Assembly (NCBI GenBank): GCA_964016885.1
Contig: OZ024743.1
Span: 257,362,001-257,426,000, forward strand
DNA: 64,000 nt
Reading direction: 5' to 3'
DNA from: Eledone cirrhosa
Taxonomy: Eukaryota
This document shows, one piece after another, positions 25,499 through 38,728 of the stretch; the first letter of the stretch is position 1; each line of letters opens with the position of its first letter. The notes under the pieces are model-generated. The model ran no database searches. It was not told the DNA's origin and worked only from the letters and a program-made list of their open reading frames with translations. The translations under genes were made by a program, and so were the position numbers.

Positions 25499-25893
25499 GG
25501 CGGTGGATTGGCAGTATCGGTAGAGGGTCGGACGCCAGGCTTTCCAGTATAGTTACGTCCCTTTACGATCTGAGTTCAAATCCCGCCGAGGTTGATTTTG
25601 CCTTTCATCTTTACGGGGTCGATAAAATAAAGTACCAGTAAATACTGGTCGATGGCTGGCCTTGTGCCTAACGTAGAAACAATTATTATTAATATTATTA
25701 TAATGGCAGTATCGGTAGAGGGTCGGACGCGATGCTTTCCAGCATAGTTACGTCCCTTTATGATCTGAGTTCAAACCCCGCCGAGGTTGACTTTGCCTTT
25801 CATCCTTACGTGGTCAATAAAATAAAGTACCAGTAGTGCACTGGGTAATTGCTGGCCTTGTGCCTAAAGTAGAAACAATTATTATTATTATTA
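25499..25893 (+). mobile_element. Two tandem, well-preserved SINE family A copies
   Basis: Full head GGCGGTGGATTGGCAGTATCGG...GAGTTCAAATCCCGCC, Nin-like body, (ATT)n tail. Confidence 0.9.
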
Positions 25894-27154
25894 TTCTCTA
25901 CATTCCTTACATCAAACTAAAATATGTTGACAATCTTTTAATAATGTCTTCCTTGTGAAATATGTAGTCTTGTTTTGCTTAACTAATGAATATTTCCAGC
26001 TCTGTGCACCTAACCTCTGCATGAACCCAGCCACTTAGCTGCCTTCCACTGCATATTGCACATTGAGCACATGCCTTTACGCTTTGGCTTCTAACTAATT
26101 CACCAATCTCTCCTCTCCTATCTCCATCTCTCTCTTTAAGATTGGTTACTCTTGAACTGTGTATATATATATATATATATACATATATGTGTATATATAT
26201 ATGTATATATATATAATAATTAGTTACAACAGTGAAATATACAGATACTTAAGTTTTGTTGGGTTATACACCCCAACTCATTGAGCGTTTTATATGAAGA
26301 CAGCTACTGCCATATATATATATATATATACACTTTTGTCTAAGATGTATACCAACCAGGTTCTGTATACAATACTCCAATCTGTAAATGAAAATGCAAT
26401 TAGATTCAAGCACTCAACTACATGTGTATCCTTCCAATTAAGATTTGGTAGTCCATGATGCAGTATATATATGATAATGAAAATTGTGAAGGCCAGATGT
26501 AGAAATACATTTTATTCAGAATCCATTGTAATACATATTTCTGTGGTATTCATGATTATGAAATGCAGTCATAGAGGAACAGACAGCAGAAGAACAAACG
26601 GTATCAGTCTGACCCCTTGTCTATAGCTGACATTGAAATAGGAATGTTACATAACAGCCTTATTATTTAAGATACTGTCTGATGCAATTGGAGGTTGCAA
26701 GAGCTGATCTTAAATCATTTGGCCTCACTTTGGAAATGATGAAGGCTAATCTCTGCTTTTGTGGAAACAAATTGCCTTTAAACACATATTGAATTTTTAT
26801 GCCACGCATAAAATAGGAAGTCAGGACAAGCATCTGACTGTAAAACATTACCTCAAAAATACAAGTCCAATCGATTTCAATGTAAAAGTGATAATGATAT
26901 ATTTAATATATATGTATATAGAAATATACATATCGCATGAAAATGGTGATGATATATATGATATATATATATAGAAATATATGTGTTACATAAAAGTGGT
27001 GATATATATACAATAAATATATATATATATGAATGTATATATAGTGTATTTTGCAATACACTGTATGCTTAATTAAAAGCATTATGAAGACCTTACGCTA
27101 TTGTTTTAAAGTAGTGACTATGTCACTTACTTCTTTTTTCAGCAAACAAAGAGA

Positions 27155-27206
27155 GATAAGCTGACAGATCTCTGTTTCGTACTGTTGGTACTCCTCAGAG
27201 CTTACC
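27155..27206 (-). ncRNA. Canonical type I hammerhead ribozyme
   Basis: GGTAAGCT-CTGAGGA-GTAC-CAACA-GTAC-GAA-ACAG-AGAT-CTGT-C-AGCTTATC: three complete stems and a GUC triplet. Confidence 0.9.
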
Positions 27207-27514
27207 ACTCATTTTGCCTGCTGAAAATTATGAATCTTGAATTCTTATAGAATTCCAGTAATAAACAGGAACTGATTATACAGAGCAGTTGCTGGTCCAC
27301 CAAAAATTGAAAATTAGAATTGATGCTCTGAAATAGCTATATATATATATATGAATATATATATATATATGTATATATATATAGCTATTTCAGAGCACCA
27401 ATTCTAATTTTCCATTTTTGCTGGACCAGCAACCGCTCTGTATAATCAGTTCCTGATTATTACTGGAATTCTATAAGAATCCAACATTCATAATTTTCAG
27501 CAGGCAAAGGGAGT

Positions 27515-27566
27515 GGTAAACTCTGAGGAGTACCAACAGTACGAAACAGAGATCTGTCAGCTTATC
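27515..27566 (+). ncRNA. Canonical type I hammerhead ribozyme (one stem I mismatch)
   Basis: GGTAAACT-CTGAGGA-GTACCAACAGTAC-GAAACAGAGATCTGTC-AGCTTATC. Confidence 0.87.
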
Positions 27567-27725
27567 TCCCTTTGTTTGCTGAAAAAAGGAGTAAGTGACA
27601 TAGTCACTACTTTAAAACAATAGCGTAAGGTCTTCAAATTGCTTTTAATTAAGCATACAGTGTATTGCAAAATACACCATATATATACACTCATATATAT
27701 ATATATCGCTATTTCAGAGCAACAA

Positions 27726-27756
<31 letters not shown>

Positions 27757-29442
27757 CATCATCATCACCCTTATTTTCCGTCCATTCTTCCACACTAACA
27801 TAAGTTAGATGGGTTGTCCTGTAGTGGGCAATGCCAGATCGAATGAACATGTTTTGCTCATATGGAAACTGATTTTGGCTTGATTTCTACAGCTGGATGC
27901 CTTTCCTAACATCAAACTCATTTACAATGAGTACTGGGTGATTTTTTACCATGGCGCCTACACAACCGTTTTACAGTGTGGTCTGGGTGCTTTTTTGTCG
28001 TGACACCTCCACGACCACTTTGCAGTGGGAGGGGAGAGGGGCATATTGTCAATATGCTTCATCCTCAGCTTGAACCCTTGGGAAGTCGGGTCTTCTGTAT
28101 AACTGCATAACTTCAGAGGTCTCAGTCCTGTGTCATCGCCTTTAAGGGATGCAATAGCCCAAGGTCAGCTTTTATCACCTCATCCTAGGTTTTCTTGGGT
28201 CTCCCCACTCAAAGGCTGCCATCGACTTTTAGTGTTCTGCAGCTGTCATCCTTCGTACACATCACATATCCATACCAATGCAACCTCCTCTCCTGCACAC
28301 AGAATTTTATTCCTCTTATGCTCAGTCTCTTTCTCAATTCGTTTATGCTTTCCCGTTAACATATACACTATTACACATCCATCAGAGCATGCAAGCTTCG
28401 TTTCTTTCTAATCTATGCAAGTCTTCTACACACAACACCCAGGTCTCACTACCATGTAATATTGCTGTTCGTATGCACGCATCATACAGTCTGCCTTTCA
28501 TTTTGAGGGAAAAGCCTTTTGCAGCTAACAGTGGCAGTAGCTCGCTGAACTTCATCCATTCCGTTCTTACCCTGGATACTGTAGTTTCCGAACACCCACC
28601 TCTGCTGCTAATTCAGTCACCTAGTTAGTAGAAGCTGTCTACTGTTTCTACAGGGCCTTTCCAGAGTTTGGTGGTGCTTGTTTCCTGAGGCCATTTGCTG
28701 CTTGCTGTCCCGGTGCAGCTGCTACATGTAAAGCCTACATTCTTAGGTAAGCTTCCTGAGGTCCTGCTACATCTCTTGTGTACCCATTGTTTGCATTTGG
28801 GGCAGAGGATGGAGTTCCTACCTATACAATTTCCTACTTACTGAGCAAGGCCATTTCCCTGAGGGGATCTGGGCACTGTTTTCTCGTCTACTTACGAGGA
28901 CCTTAGTCTTTGTCAGGGTGACTTTGAGATCCTTTCTTTCTAGTCCCTACTTCCATGTTTGGAATTTCTTCTCTAGTTCCACCATAGATTCAGCTATAAG
29001 TGCGAGATCATCTGCATACAGGAGTTCCTATGGGCATCTGGTCCTAACTCCTCTGTTATTGCCTGCAATACTATAATGAACAGGAGAGGGCTAAGAACAG
29101 AGCCCTGGTGGACACTGACCTGTATGCTAAATTCCCTGCTATAGTCATTGTATACCCTAACATTGCTGACTGCTCCCCTATACATGGCTTGTACAGCTTT
29201 CACAAGCCATTCATCTACTCCTAGTTTTCTAAGAGCTCACAAGATTATAGTGTGAGGCACTCTGTCGAAGGCTTTTTCCAGATCGACAAATGCCAGGTAG
29301 AGCAGCTTACTTTTAGCTGGGTAATTTTCCTGTAACTGCCTCACAAGGAAGAGGGCATCAGTGGTGCCTTTTCCTGGCACAAACCCAAATTGCATCTCAC
29401 CTAGTTTTACCCAGTCTCTAATCAACTGGGCTGTAACTCTTA
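27757..29442 (-). mobile_element. RTE-clade LINE, degenerate RT and 3' end
   Basis: QFGFVPGKGTTDALFLVRQLQE, AFVDLEKAFDRVP, HQGSVLSPLLF, LYADDL; Cys-rich insert; (GAT)n tail. Confidence 0.9.
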
Positions 29443-29449
29443 TATATGT

Positions 29450-29600
29450 TTCTAATTCCAACCCGCCCATCACCTCAATCTATCTTAGTTTTCATTCTTT
29501 CTTCTCATGAAGGACTAGCGTCCAAAACGGTAAGACCCTCTTCCTGCTATACCAAGCATTAACCTAATATGTCCCTTCCATATACTGTACTGATAGAGTT
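29450..29600 (+). mobile_element. Short PLE-terminus-like unit with decayed HHR (29501-29534)
   Basis: CTT-CTCATGA-AGGACTAGCGTCC-AAAA-CGGT-AAG; homologous to 2300-2445. Confidence 0.55.
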
Positions 29601-29886
29601 GTTAAGAGAGAGAGAGAGCGAGTATGTGATTCAGTAAATCACTGGTGGTGGTAGCAATATGAGCACTTGATGCACAGACAGATTGTTTATAATAACAGTA
29701 ATGATATCCATTTATTATGGCTAAGCATTGTGCCTTGCTATTCTGGAGTTTCACCTATACACTTGCAGAATCATCAGACAAGACTTCACCATAATAAATG
29801 AATATGTATACACTACCACAGTACTGAGTACTTTTTCTCATGTCTGTCAATAACACATGTATATATATATTTATATATATATATAT

Positions 29887-30461
29887 CATCATCATCATCA
29901 TCATCAACGTTTAACGTCCGTGTTCCACGCTTGCATGGGTTTGGACGGGGGTAGTCCCACTTGAGGCAAGAGTGATTGTCTTGCTCGCATAGGACTGTCT
30001 GGCAGGTTTTCTACAGTTGGATGCCCTTCCTAACACCAACCACATTTACAGTGTGGGTCTGGGAGGTTTTTACCGTGTTGCCTACACAGCCACATTACAG
30101 CGTGGACTGTGTGTTTTTTTGTCGTGACACCTACACGATCTCATTTGTTTCGGCCTGGATGGTGCGGCACCAACATAACTTTACATAGAACGGGGTGGTG
30201 TGGATGGGGGGGGGGGGGGGGGGACGGGGTGTATTTTGTTAGAGATGCCTACTGGCTGGAGTAGGTTTTACTATATATTTAGGTAAGGCGGGTCTTCTCT
30301 GTTACTGAGTACCGCCAAAGGTCTCGGTCCAGTGACATTGTCTTGGAGAGGTGTAAGTGTGTGATGTCGGAGTTTATCAGCTCGTCCCAGGTTTTTCTAG
30401 GTCTGCCTATTCCGTGACTACCGTCTATCTTTATTGCCCTGCACTTTGTTATACAGCTATC

Positions 30462-30465
<4 letters not shown>
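29887..30465 (-). mobile_element. RTE LINE 3' end (same subfamily as 24175-25135)
   Basis: CRAIKIDGSHGIGRPRKTWDELIN...SLDRDLWRY and a very similar UTR. Confidence 0.9.
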
Positions 30466-30535
<70 letters not shown>

Positions 30536-30982
30536 GTGTTATATGTACCACATGATACTATACTTACATACAGATATATCAGAATTCTAACATTACTCTG
30601 TTCTTCCCAACTGCTCTTCCAAGTTTACCAACAGATAATACAGATAATATATTAAATGTTACTTATTATTATTAGTAAAGACTGACTGGTATTTGATTTA
30701 AATTCTTTGAATTCTAACATTAAAATCAGCAAAGCAGAATTTGCATTAATGATATGGACTGTTGTTGTTGTTAATATTTTTATTATTAGCATCCTCACCA
30801 TAACCATCTATTGTTGTTGTTATTGCTGTTGTTGTTCTCATCATTAGTATTCCATCATCTAAGAGCAACATTAGAATTTTGTAAATTTGCATATTTTAGT
30901 TTTTTTTTTTTGTAAGTGTAGAGTCAATTTAAAACCATTTAAAACACATGCATATAAACACACACATGCACGCACACTCAAA

Positions 30983-31064
<82 letters not shown>

Positions 31065-31162
31065 CTCACACATATATATATAAACACACACTCTTACATA
31101 CACCCCCATATATATATATATATATATATACAAACACATACACACACACTTATATATATACA

Positions 31163-31208
<46 letters not shown>

Positions 31209-32281
31209 TGAGGGTGTATGTATGAGTGTGTGATTATATATACATATATATATACACATACACACACACATATATATATATATGGACACTTACACAAATA
31301 CACCCGCCAAAATAATTATAATGTAAATGTAGTGTACAAACTAAAAGTGCACCATTTCAGTGTATTTCAGTTCCCAGTGTGTAGTCAAGTGAAATAACAG
31401 TTTCATAGCAAAATGTCTCTTCCCTGAAAGCTTTTCAATAAAGGAATTTTGAAAAAATCCAATAATTTGTAATAATTAATATTATTTTAAATGTCATTAG
31501 ACATTTTAAAGAATTTATTTCATCATATTAACATAGTAAAAGCATATATTAAAAATAATTTTCAAATCTTCCTGTAAAAATTTATTATTTAAAAAATAAT
31601 AGAAAAAATGGTAAAAAGGATCTCAATTTTTATCTAACATATTCCAGGAGGAAAGGAATTTCACATCTATATTTGTCTTGTTTTGCTTTTGTTTGTTTTT
31701 TTTTGTTGTATTTTAGTTATATTTTATAATTTGTGAGTGTGTATGGTATGGTGGGTGTTTTATATTTGTTAGGGAATTTGTGTGCTAAGCTTAGAATATA
31801 TTATAGTTCAGTAATTGGTGACTGGAGTATATTTTAGATTTCGTTGAACTAATACAGTTGTTGAAATAATTTTATGTAGTTCTCTTATAGTTTACTAATA
31901 GATGATGTTTCTGTGTGTGTATGCAATCTTTTGGTATGAGATGACCAGATCATGTATTGAGGAAGGATGAAAGTGACTGGGTAAGAGGACTAGAGCCAGT
32001 GACAAGTGTAACATAAATAGAATTAGATGGTTGGCTCATGTGCAGAGGAAATATGAAACCAATTGGTTGAGATGAATAGAGCCAGTGATAAATATTGTGA
32101 AAAGATGGAATATAGATAGGAGTGTCATGTGATGAGGAAGAATGGAAATGTCTGGGTGAAAGGCGTAATAAAAATGAATGTAGAAGGGAGAGACAGAAGC
32201 CCATGAAAAATATAATTAAAGATAAAAGAGGAAAAAGTGAATGCTGAGAAAATAGACTTGTTGTTGTGTTGTTGGGTATTT

Positions 32282-32509
32282 TTAACCCTTTTGATACCAA
32301 ATTGCTTGAAACTGTTTGTTGTAAAGTCTTTATATTAATCTAAAAACTTTCTACTGTAATTATATGTAAGAAGTTTTGCTCCAAATAATAACTTAATAAT
32401 GAAAAAATTGGTTAAGTTACTAAATGCTCTCATTTCTTGATTATTTTCAAAATTATTTGAAAATTGTAGACAGTGCATTTTATTAAAAATATGGTAACAA
32501 ATTGGTTAA
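32282..32509. mobile_element. TTAA-flanked MITE (piggyBac-like), degenerate
   Basis: TTAA-CCCTTTTGATACCA ... TGGTAACAAATTGG-TTAA; related to the 42.1-42.8 kb array. Confidence 0.55.
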
Positions 32510-32982
32510 TAAACATGCCTCCTAAATGCTTAAAAGTTTTAAAGTTGTTTTGAATTTTTTTTTTCAAATATTTTCTGACTGTGTATGCAGGCCTACTGTA
32601 TTGTTAACAACTTATGAACTTGCTAATAATTTAAGAACAAATTTATAAAAGTTCTTTAAATATAGTGAAACCATTTTAAGTGAAGTTACTGTGAGTGTAT
32701 TTTTTTAATAAATTTTCATTATGGTATAATTTCCTAAAATTCAATTTGTTTACTTAGCTAAATTTTGACACTTCTGCAAGTGTCTTGTAGATTTTCATTA
32801 TAATTCTTTTATTTTGTTTTTCCTGTTTCACGCCAATACTTAACACTTTTGGATTTAGTCATATAACATGTTTTAGTGTATGTGTGTGTGTGTGTGTGTG
32901 TAGGATACTCACACATACAGAGCAACACATAGTTAGTGTGTCTCTGTATGTATTGTAAATACATACACATATACATATATAT

Positions 32983-33521
32983 CATCATTATCATCATCAT
33001 TATTTAACGTCTATTTTCCATGCAAGCATGGGTTAGATGGGTTGTCCCAAGTTAGATGTCTTGCTCATACAGAACTGTTTCTGGCTTGGTTTGTATGGCT
33101 GAATGTCCTCCCTGACACCAGTCACATTTACAGTTTAGACAGGATGCTTTGTGTTATGATACCTACACGACCACTTTACAGTGTGGACTAGGTGCTTTTT
33201 ATCCTGGCAGCATAATAACCACTTTACAGTGTGGGCTGGGTGCTTTTTATCCTGGCAGCATAATAACCACTTTACAGTGTGGGCTGGGTGCTTTTTATCC
33301 TGGCATCATAATAACCACTTTACAGTGTGGGCTGGGTGCTTTTTATCCTGGCATCATAATAACCACTTTACAGTGTGAGCTGGGTGCTTTTTGTCCTGGC
33401 ATCATAATAACCACTTGACAGTGTGGGCTGGGTGCTTTTTATCCTGGCATCATAATAACCACTTTACAGTGTGGGCTGGGTGCTTTTGTTGTAATTCCAA
33501 CATAACCACTTTACAGTGTGG
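32983..33521 (-). mobile_element. RTE 3' UTR fragment with expanded 48-bp minisatellite (33170-33521, ~7 copies)
   Basis: Unit ACCACTTTACAGTGTGGGCTGGGTGCTTTTTATCCTGGCATCATAATA, preceded by the CATCAT..TTTAACGTC tail. Confidence 0.85.
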
Positions 33522-33544
33522 ATATATGTATGTGTATATATTTT

Positions 33545-33877
33545 GATTATGTCTTGGAAGCCACTAAAATGCAGGTGAGGTTGTAAATATTAAGGCAACG
33601 AAACTGGGTGAAGAAACAGAGAGGATAAGGTTGAGTGGAGAAGAAGAAGAAATAACAAGAATCTAAGATAATGTTACCATGGAAGTATTTATTATTCCCA
33701 ATATATTTTAGATTTACCATCTCAGTCGCAATATATTTCGGATGTAACATTATCTCTGATACTTGCTTTTTCTTTCTCTCTACCACTCAACCTAACCTCT
33801 CTTTTTTTTTGCATCCGATTTTATTGCCTTAATATTTACAACCCCACCTGAACTCTATCAGCTTACAATACATAACC
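33545..33877. repeat. Old fold-back element (~130-150-bp diverged inverted arms)
   Basis: CAGGTGAGGTTGTAAATATTAAGGCAA / TTGCCTTAATATTTACAACCCCACCTG; AGGTTGAGTGG / CCACTCAACCT; GATAATGTTAC / GTAACATTATC. Confidence 0.75.
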
Positions 33878-34889
33878 AATGTTTATAACAGACACTTATG
33901 TAGATAGGTAGAAAGACAGATATAGATGAATAAACAGACAGACAGATCGATAGATAGAGAGTTAGATAGATGTTGTTTTTATTGTCTGAAAATAGATGCA
34001 TAGATAGCTAGCTATGAATATCTGCTGCATGACTACTGACCATTTTGTCAACACTGTGTGAGTGAGAGAGGTAGTAAGATATAAAATTATCATTTCTCAA
34101 ACGTATCTATTTATCTACCTGTTTACCAATCTACTTATCTCTCAATCTACTTACCTACCTCCCTATCTATCTCGCTATATATCTACCTACCTCTCTAACT
34201 ATCTGTCTTTCATGCTGACTGTCAATCTAGGAAGACTCATCCAACGCTTGCTAGCAGGGAACGTGGGTATTAAAATGATGATGATATATCTATATTTGGA
34301 CAAGAACAAGAATAATAAAAAAGCAGATATCTGATTAGCAATCTGAAGAAAGCTAGTTAGATAGAATAAAGTCATCTCATAATTTAGTGCATATATGCTT
34401 GATAATGATTTAAAGAAAGTATGAAAGAAAATGATTGTAATTGATTTAAATGAATGCAAAATGAATTACAGCAATGGTTGGAGTGACAAGAAAGAGAAGG
34501 TCAAAGACAATCGAGGATTCCAGTATCTTTACATCCATTGTTCTAATCAAGGAATTATCAAATTAGATATTTGTTACAACCAATCCCATCATATGTATGT
34601 GTATGTAACCTAGTACACTATGTCAAGCATCGTTGCTGTTATGATAAAATGCACCTGATACATTCTGTAATGCTGGTCACATAATAAAATGCACTCAGAG
34701 TATGCTGTAAAATGATTGGCATTAAGAAGGGATTCAATTGTAGAAACAATGGCAAAATGGAATGTTTCAGCAAGAAACATTTGGTCATTTGAATATGAAA
34801 ACTGACACCAGAAAATAGACGTAAAATGGTACTGATGATTATATATATAGACACACACACACACATACATACATACATACATACATACA

Positions 34890-34923
<34 letters not shown>

Positions 34924-34927
34924 AAGA

Positions 34928-35170
34928 AAAAAAGATGAAATCGAAAATGCAACTGGAGTCTTATTTTAAAAAAAATATAGTATATTTATTTGGTTCCTCT
35001 ACGGGTTTCGCAGTTCTTCTGCTTTTCAAAAGTAGAGTTGAGATGGAGGGTCTGTGGTTTTTCTCCTATGAAAAGCAGAAGAACTGCGAAACCGGTAAAG
35101 GAACCAAATAAATATATATATATTTTTTTTAAATAAGACTCCAGTTGCATTTTCGATTTCATCTTTTCTT
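34928..35170. mobile_element. Palindrome (~100-bp arms, ~40-bp spacer) with divergent hammerhead-like variants
   Basis: AAAAGATGAAATCGAAAATGCAACTGGAGTCTTATTT is inverted at the right end; each arm has TGAAAA-GCAG-AAGAA-CTGC-GAAA-CCSG-TA. Confidence 0.75.
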
Positions 35171-35426
35171 TATACTTTCACTCGTGTAGGACACCTTGGT
35201 TATTTTTCATTTTGTAAAATAACCTCACTTTCTAATATATATATATATATATATATATTATGGTAAACAAAACGAGAGGTTATATCTGTAGTAAGTAGAG
35301 CACTCAGACCAAAGGATGAGTTCGATATAGAATTAGTTCCACAACAAATTTGCAAATCATACTCGAGAATGCATGTTTCACTGAACAGATTTTCCACTGG
35401 TGTATGGCTGCAGTGAGAACGTTCTC

Positions 35427-35880
35427 TTATTCAATCAGTGATTATGATCTAGAAATTTTTCTTATGAAAATATAATATTAGGTTATGCAATATGTATTAT
35501 GTAGAACGTTGTATGTACTGTTAAATGTATTACATGAAATGTTATGTTAGAAATGACAGAGACACATGAATACACATGTTCACCACATTATATATATATA
35601 GAGAAAGAGAGAGACAGAAAGTTAGTTTCACCATAACTTAGCACACCCATATTCAAAGATGCGCGTTTCACCGAATGGATTTTCAACCCACCCTTGCAAG
35701 CAGGGAAAAGCGGACGTAAAATGATGATGAATGATGATGATGAATGGCTGTGGTGAGAATGTTCTAACTGCAGTCATGCACAGATTTACAATTACAATCT
35801 GTTCGGTGAAATGCGTGTCTTTAATGATGTATATATATCATAGCATATATATATATATATATATACATATACACATCATC

Positions 35881-35911
<31 letters not shown>

Positions 35912-36231
35912 CATCATCATCATCATTTTACGTCCACTTTTCCCTGCTTGCATGCTTGCAAGGGTGGGACGGGAACTGATTCTGGCTTGATTTCTACAGC
36001 TGGATGCCCTTCCTAACACCAACCTCATTTACAGAGAGTGCTGGGCGCTTTTTTGCCATGGCACCTCCACGACCACTTTGCAGTGGAATGATATGGACCT
36101 CAGTCCCTATCATCTGATTTCTACAGCTGAGTAAACTGGAGCAATGTGAAATAAAGTCTCTTGCTCAAGGAAACAACACATCACCCAGTCCAAGAATTGA
36201 ACTCACAACCTTTCGATTGCAAGGCCAATGC

Positions 36232-36270
<39 letters not shown>

Positions 36271-36452
36271 CATCATCTTCATATATATATAATATGGTGA
36301 GTGTGTGTATTCATGTCTCTGTCATTTGTTACATAAAAGTTCATGTAATGCATTTAACAGTACATACAACGTTCTACATAATACATATTACACATTCTAA
36401 TATTACATTCTCATAAGAAAAGATTCTAGATCACAATCACTGATTCAATAAT
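35427..36452. repeat. Long diverged inverted repeats (~35427-35598 / ~36285-36452) enclosing nested fragments
   Basis: TATGTATTATGTAGAACGTTGTATGTACTGTTAAATG / CATTTAACAGTACATACAACGTTCTACATAATACATA; interior has RTE-tail and SINE B pieces. Confidence 0.75.
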
Positions 36453-36469
36453 AGTGAAAATAATAATAA

Positions 36470-36633
36470 TAATTGTTTCTATTTTAGGTACAAGGCCAGC
36501 AATTACCCAGTACATTACTGGTACTTATTTTATCGACCCCGTAAGGATGAAAGGCAAAGTTAACCTCGGCGGGATTTGAACTCAGATCATAAAGGGACGT
36601 AACTCTATGCTTCAAATCCTGCCAATCCACCGA
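36470..36633 (-). mobile_element. SINE family A
   Basis: Same consensus, flanked by (AAT)n on both sides. Confidence 0.85.
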
Positions 36634-38661
36634 AAATAATAATAATAATAATAATAAATTATTTGTAATGAATAAAAGTTATTGAAACTTTGAGGCGATT
36701 ATAAGGATCAAGACTGAAACAAAACAAAAACATAAAAAAGTATCTCATAACCATAACAAAAATATTAAGATATCAGCCAAAATACAAAAATCACTTATGA
36801 AAGAATGTTGAAGAGGATTCTAAGAGCTGTTGAGATTGTCTTAGTTCACTTCTAAGAGATGAATAGTTTTCATCTTTTGACAAAAGGGTTTAAGAATTGC
36901 CATTCAGCCAATCTATAAATATGGAGAGAGTGAGAGAGAAGTATAGAAATTTCCTGTTGAGGAGAAAAATGAAATTCTTTGCCATCGAATATAACTAATT
37001 GAATTAAAAGAATTTTTATTCTTCAGATGAACAATAACATTTGTATTCTTTTGCTATGAGACACTGAAAATGGTTTGTTTATTTCATTGGATGTGGAGGA
37101 ACCACAGTGAAGTGTGTGTACAGCAGCATTTGCTTAGATGGATTAAGCTCAACATTCTTGTACCCTAAAAACCATATGAAATAAAATGTACCTGGTTTCT
37201 GTTATTATGGAAAGAACAAAATAATCAGGAGAAGAAAAGCACCATCAAATAATGATTTGTTCATGGAAGCTGTGTGTTGGTTGAGATTCAATAATTGAAA
37301 TGGAACAGCAACAAGAATCAAGTTAGTTTGATTGCAAGTCAAACTAAAACAATAGAATCTGCTACAAAGCAAGTTAGATGAACGTTTATAATGTTCTTTA
37401 TCAATATTTTGCCATTATTTTTTTCTATGTTCTCTTCTCTTGAACAATGTAATACTTGTACAATGTTTTAACATTGATATTCACAGCAAATTCTATTGAT
37501 TTTTACCCGTATCGTCTTTTTGCATCAATATGTTATGACAGAAATATAAAAATATATAAATAAGAAAAAGCACGAAAGAAAAAAAGTTACAATTTATTTT
37601 GGAAATTTAACAATAGTCACCAATGAGATAGGAAGTGAAACAAAATTAAGAATATTCTCAGAAAGTTTGATATAATTATTTTACCGTATTTCTTTCTTGT
37701 CAAGTATCTCTACATAACTAGAAATATGTGTGATGTGTTCAAGTTAAGGTGTTATTACACTATATGTGACATTGGATGATGAGAAATCTCAACTATGCTT
37801 AGTCACAATCCCTTTGACAAGCCTTCTCTTAGGCTAGGCCAGATCCAGCCTATGTCTGTTGACCATAACCAGGTCTTGGGAGGTCTGCCATGCCTCCTAT
37901 ATCCCCACTGGCTTCCACTTATGAGAAGCTGTCACTTATCTCTTCTTGTTCATGTGTAGCACTTGGTCCTGAGTCTTTTGCAATCCTACAATGATATTAT
38001 CCCGTAGAATACTCAACCTTTCTCTTTCTATGACTTCTTAATTTCTGATTTGGTTAAACGAAAACAGTCTTAGTTTTATACTATGGAAATGTCTGTGGAT
38101 GACATCTGCAGTTCTGTAGAATCCACTAGTTGTTCCTTTTTCTGCTTCTCTCAAGCAAAGATATAATACTACTTCTCTAACCAACCAACTGCAAATGTTG
38201 AAAGTATAAGATAATTACTGGAGAATCTCAGCTGTGTTCTTCCTTATCATGCCTCCTCTTTATTTCATCTCTCTTACATTTTTGCCAACCCAGTTGTTTT
38301 ATATCTACTGTTGAATGAAGCCTCACTAACTTTTGGTCATTGGGCTTTAGCCAACCTAGCTGGTCAAATGTGACTTGTGCAAAGTGGAATTTGAATGTAA
38401 GGAACCAGAACAGATACTACAAATCATCTCATTTGATGTGCTACCAATTTTACCAAGCTACTACCCCTGGACTGGCACTCAGTCTACTAACCCAAATATG
38501 ATGAAAGCAAAGTTGAGATCACTGAGATTTCAACTTAGAATGCAGAGTGCTGGAAAAGATATTGTAATGCACTTAATTCAGTGCTTTAATAGTTCTGCTA
38601 ATGTGCAGCTTTGCTCCTATTCTCATATTTTATCATCATCTTTTCCATGGACATTTTCCAG

Positions 38662-38728
38662 ATAAATTAACTATCAAAGAGAGAACTGGTAACATCTGGC
38701 CTCTTCCACAAGTTCCTGCTCATTACAT
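38662..38728 (+). CDS. Candidate small host exon
   Basis: Acceptor TTTTCCAG, donor AT|GTAAGT, open phase-1 frame xKLTIKERTGNIWPLPQVPAHY; no homology support. Confidence 0.35.

Larger units (their letters stand above)
27040..27731. mobile_element. ~640-bp palindrome centred on (TA)n with two divergent canonical hammerheads, plus a third 25-nt partial copy
   Basis: ~300-bp arms (27040-27338 / 27383-27680) with scattered mismatches; GCTATTTCAGAGCA restarts at ~27708. Confidence 0.92.

Noticed and set aside
25499-25590. tRNA-like A and B boxes
   Set aside because: SINE heads followed by a SINE body and tail, not tRNA genes.
33149-33418. ORF with 16-aa repeats TTLQCGLGAFYPGIII
   Set aside because: By-product of a 48-bp noncoding minisatellite in an RTE UTR.
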